NCBI GenBank assembly: GCA_965207455.1
Contig: CBDBMJ010000001.1
Coordinates: forward strand, 896,001 to 960,000
Direction of reading: 5' to 3'
From: Bdellovibrionota bacterium
Lineage (GTDB): Bacteria > Bdellovibrionota > UBA1018 > CAIPTA01 > JAALKR01
DNA: 64,000 nucleotides
In this document: one piece after another, positions 62,442 through 64,000 of the stretch
How the letters are laid out: each line of letters begins with the position of its first letter
How positions within the stretch are numbered: the first letter of the stretch is position 1
The notes under the pieces: model-generated
What the model was told of the DNA's origin: nothing
Seen by the model: only the letters and a program-made list of their open reading frames with translations
Database searches by the model: none
Program-made: the position numbers and the translations under genes

Positions 62442-62663
62442 CTAATCTCGTGACGAACCAAAGGATCCAGCATTACCTACTGTTGGAGTAACAGGTTTCC
62501 TAGTTCCATTGGGGTTACCAAAAGATGGACCACCAACACTGTACGTTACCTGATTTTTGTTTACTTTATTTCCTCCAGAACCAAAATGGTCAGAGTCAGC
62601 CGCTATAGCACTACTGCTTACACACAGTGCAACAGCACTTATTATTGTCATTATTTTTGTCAT
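62442..62663 (-). CDS. Small secreted Gly/Ser/Asn-rich peptide (73 aa)
   Basis: AAAGGAG RBS before ATG 62663; signal peptide ending in SAIA; mature part has three FG(S/N) motifs. Confidence 0.75.
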   Translation of the reverse strand: MTKIMTIISAVALCVSSSAIAADSDHFGSGGNKVNKNQVTYSVGGPSFGNPNGTRKPVTPTVGNAGSFGSSRD

Positions 62664-62928
62664 TACTATTTCTCCTTTATCTATTATTGTTGTTGTTACA
62701 TTTACCTCATATTTCATATCTCATAAGCATAAAGAAGTAAAAGCAAAAAGTATGGAAAAAAAATAAATCTCACATCCGCTCCGATTTACTGACGTAACGC
62801 ACCAATAAGAAATAGACTGTTTCTTGTGTTTTTTTCCTTTTGGAGATACTAGATTCAGGATCACACCTTCATTTTTAAAATAAATAATGCATATCAAAAG
62901 TATTTATGTTACTTGTCATGTCATAAGC

Positions 62929-64000
62929 ATGATGAAAAAAACACAGCACAATAAACTATACGCGTCATATTTTCTGGCTTTTTCTTTTTTCCTTTTTGTC
63001 CCTTCTCTGGCAAAAAGTAGTCCAGAAGATGAAGATAGGAATAACAATGGTGCGCCCACTTTAAATAATGACGGTAGCAATACAAGTGATATATTAAATT
63101 TTGTATTATTGGATCCTGCAATCAATCTACTCCTTTCTCAGATAAATCATTCCATATCAACAGAAGACTATCTGAGTCAATCCAGAGAAAACTGGGATAG
63201 AATAGAAAATATAATTGATAACCACGACGGCAGTTCTAGTGATCTTAGAGGCTTAGAGGCTGGTTCTTGGGGGAACGTAATCGCTGATACTAAATTCAAA
63301 GCCAAACGAAGGCTCTTAATATCTAATCATGACTTTCAAGAAAGCGAGGGAAGCAACTCCAACCTTAAGGTGATGGATTACTTTTCTGCTGAGGCTACCC
63401 TAGGCTACCTTCAAACTCTAGAATCCGGTATTCAGGCCGTACCCAGTTTTTTTATTGGAGGGAGCTATAAAAGGAGTTTCCGTCATATAAAGCCCGTAGA
63501 GCTTGGAGAGAGTGGAAGTATCCCTTGGAAAAAATTATCTACTCCTTTTATGGAATTCTTACCTAAAATATTTTTTGAAAGCGCCGACGTATTGGGAGAG
63601 GATGGTCAAGATACTTTAAGTATAGTTCTTGAACACCTTAAATATAACGAGGCATTAATTATAACAGATCATATCACCTCAGAGCAGTCTCTCAGCGTAA
63701 GATCACCCATGGAGGCTCTATTTAATTTAAGCATAGCATCTGGCTATATGAACTTTATTTCCGCTGGTTTTGGAAATAGAGAAGTAGAAATCAAAAAAAC
63801 AACTATTATTAGAAAAAAAGACGGCATATACGTTCATGTAAACTCTAAAGAAAGTGATAGTAGCAATTTTAATTTTGGGATAAATTATCTTTTAAATTTA
63901 TTCACCCTCAACACTGAAGAAGAAAAATCTTCTTCCACCTTAAATGTTTATAAAATACCTGATCCTTCATTAGTCAAGTTGCCTGAAGAAGATCTTTCCG
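62929..64000 (+). CDS. Secreted hypothetical protein, N-terminal part (runs off window end)
   Basis: Manual translation MMKKTQHNKLYASYFLAFSFFLFVPSLAKSSPEDED... stays open to 64000; signal-peptide-like start. Confidence 0.8.
   Translation, partial: MMKKTQHNKLYASYFLAFSFFLFVPSLAKSSPEDEDRNNNGAPTLNNDGSNTSDILNFVLLDPAINLLLSQINHSISTEDYLSQSRENWDRIENIIDNHDGSSSDLRGLEAGSWGNVIADTKFKAKRRLLISNHDFQESEGSNSNLKVMDYFSAEATLGYLQTLESGIQAVPSFFIGGSYKRSFRHIKPVELGESGSIPWKKLSTPFMEFLPKIFFESADVLGEDGQDTLSIVLEHLKYNEALIITDHITSEQSLSVRSPMEALFNLSIASGYMNFISAGFGNREVEIKKTTIIRKKDGIYVHVNSKESDSSNFNFGINYLLNLFTLNTEEEKSSSTLNVYKIPDPSLVKLPEEDLS

Overview
AT-rich bacterial chromosomal window. Gene order and content (icd-mdh-sucCD; ftsH-cdaA-cdaR-glmM-acpS-nnr-tsaE; many secreted orphans; BspA- and RCC1-repeat lipoproteins) suggest a deltaproteobacteria-like Gram-negative, most plausibly Bdellovibrionota (inference). 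Most of the window is housekeeping and metabolism: cysS, TCA enzymes, two cysteine desulfurase operons, propionyl-CoA carboxylase and methylmalonyl-CoA mutase, fbaB, tal, hppD-hmgA, rlmH. No rRNA, tRNA, CRISPR array or intact mobile element was seen. The most interesting unexplained items are: (1) a GNAT-fold plus heme-oxygenase-like diiron (HDO) operon with a divergent PAS-like gene, next to an MMPL-LolA fusion, an outer-membrane barrel and an Ntn amidase, a candidate N-acyl metabolite or signal system; (2) two inverted paralogues of a secreted clan-CD (caspase-like) His/Cys protease with divergent 42-aa helical repeats, each abutting a cysteine desulfurase operon; (3) an orphan XRE-ImmA/IrrE gene, an integrase remnant, a nested palindromic element and a small secreted peptide with repeated FG motifs. 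Several frameshifts and local duplications look like assembly artefacts.
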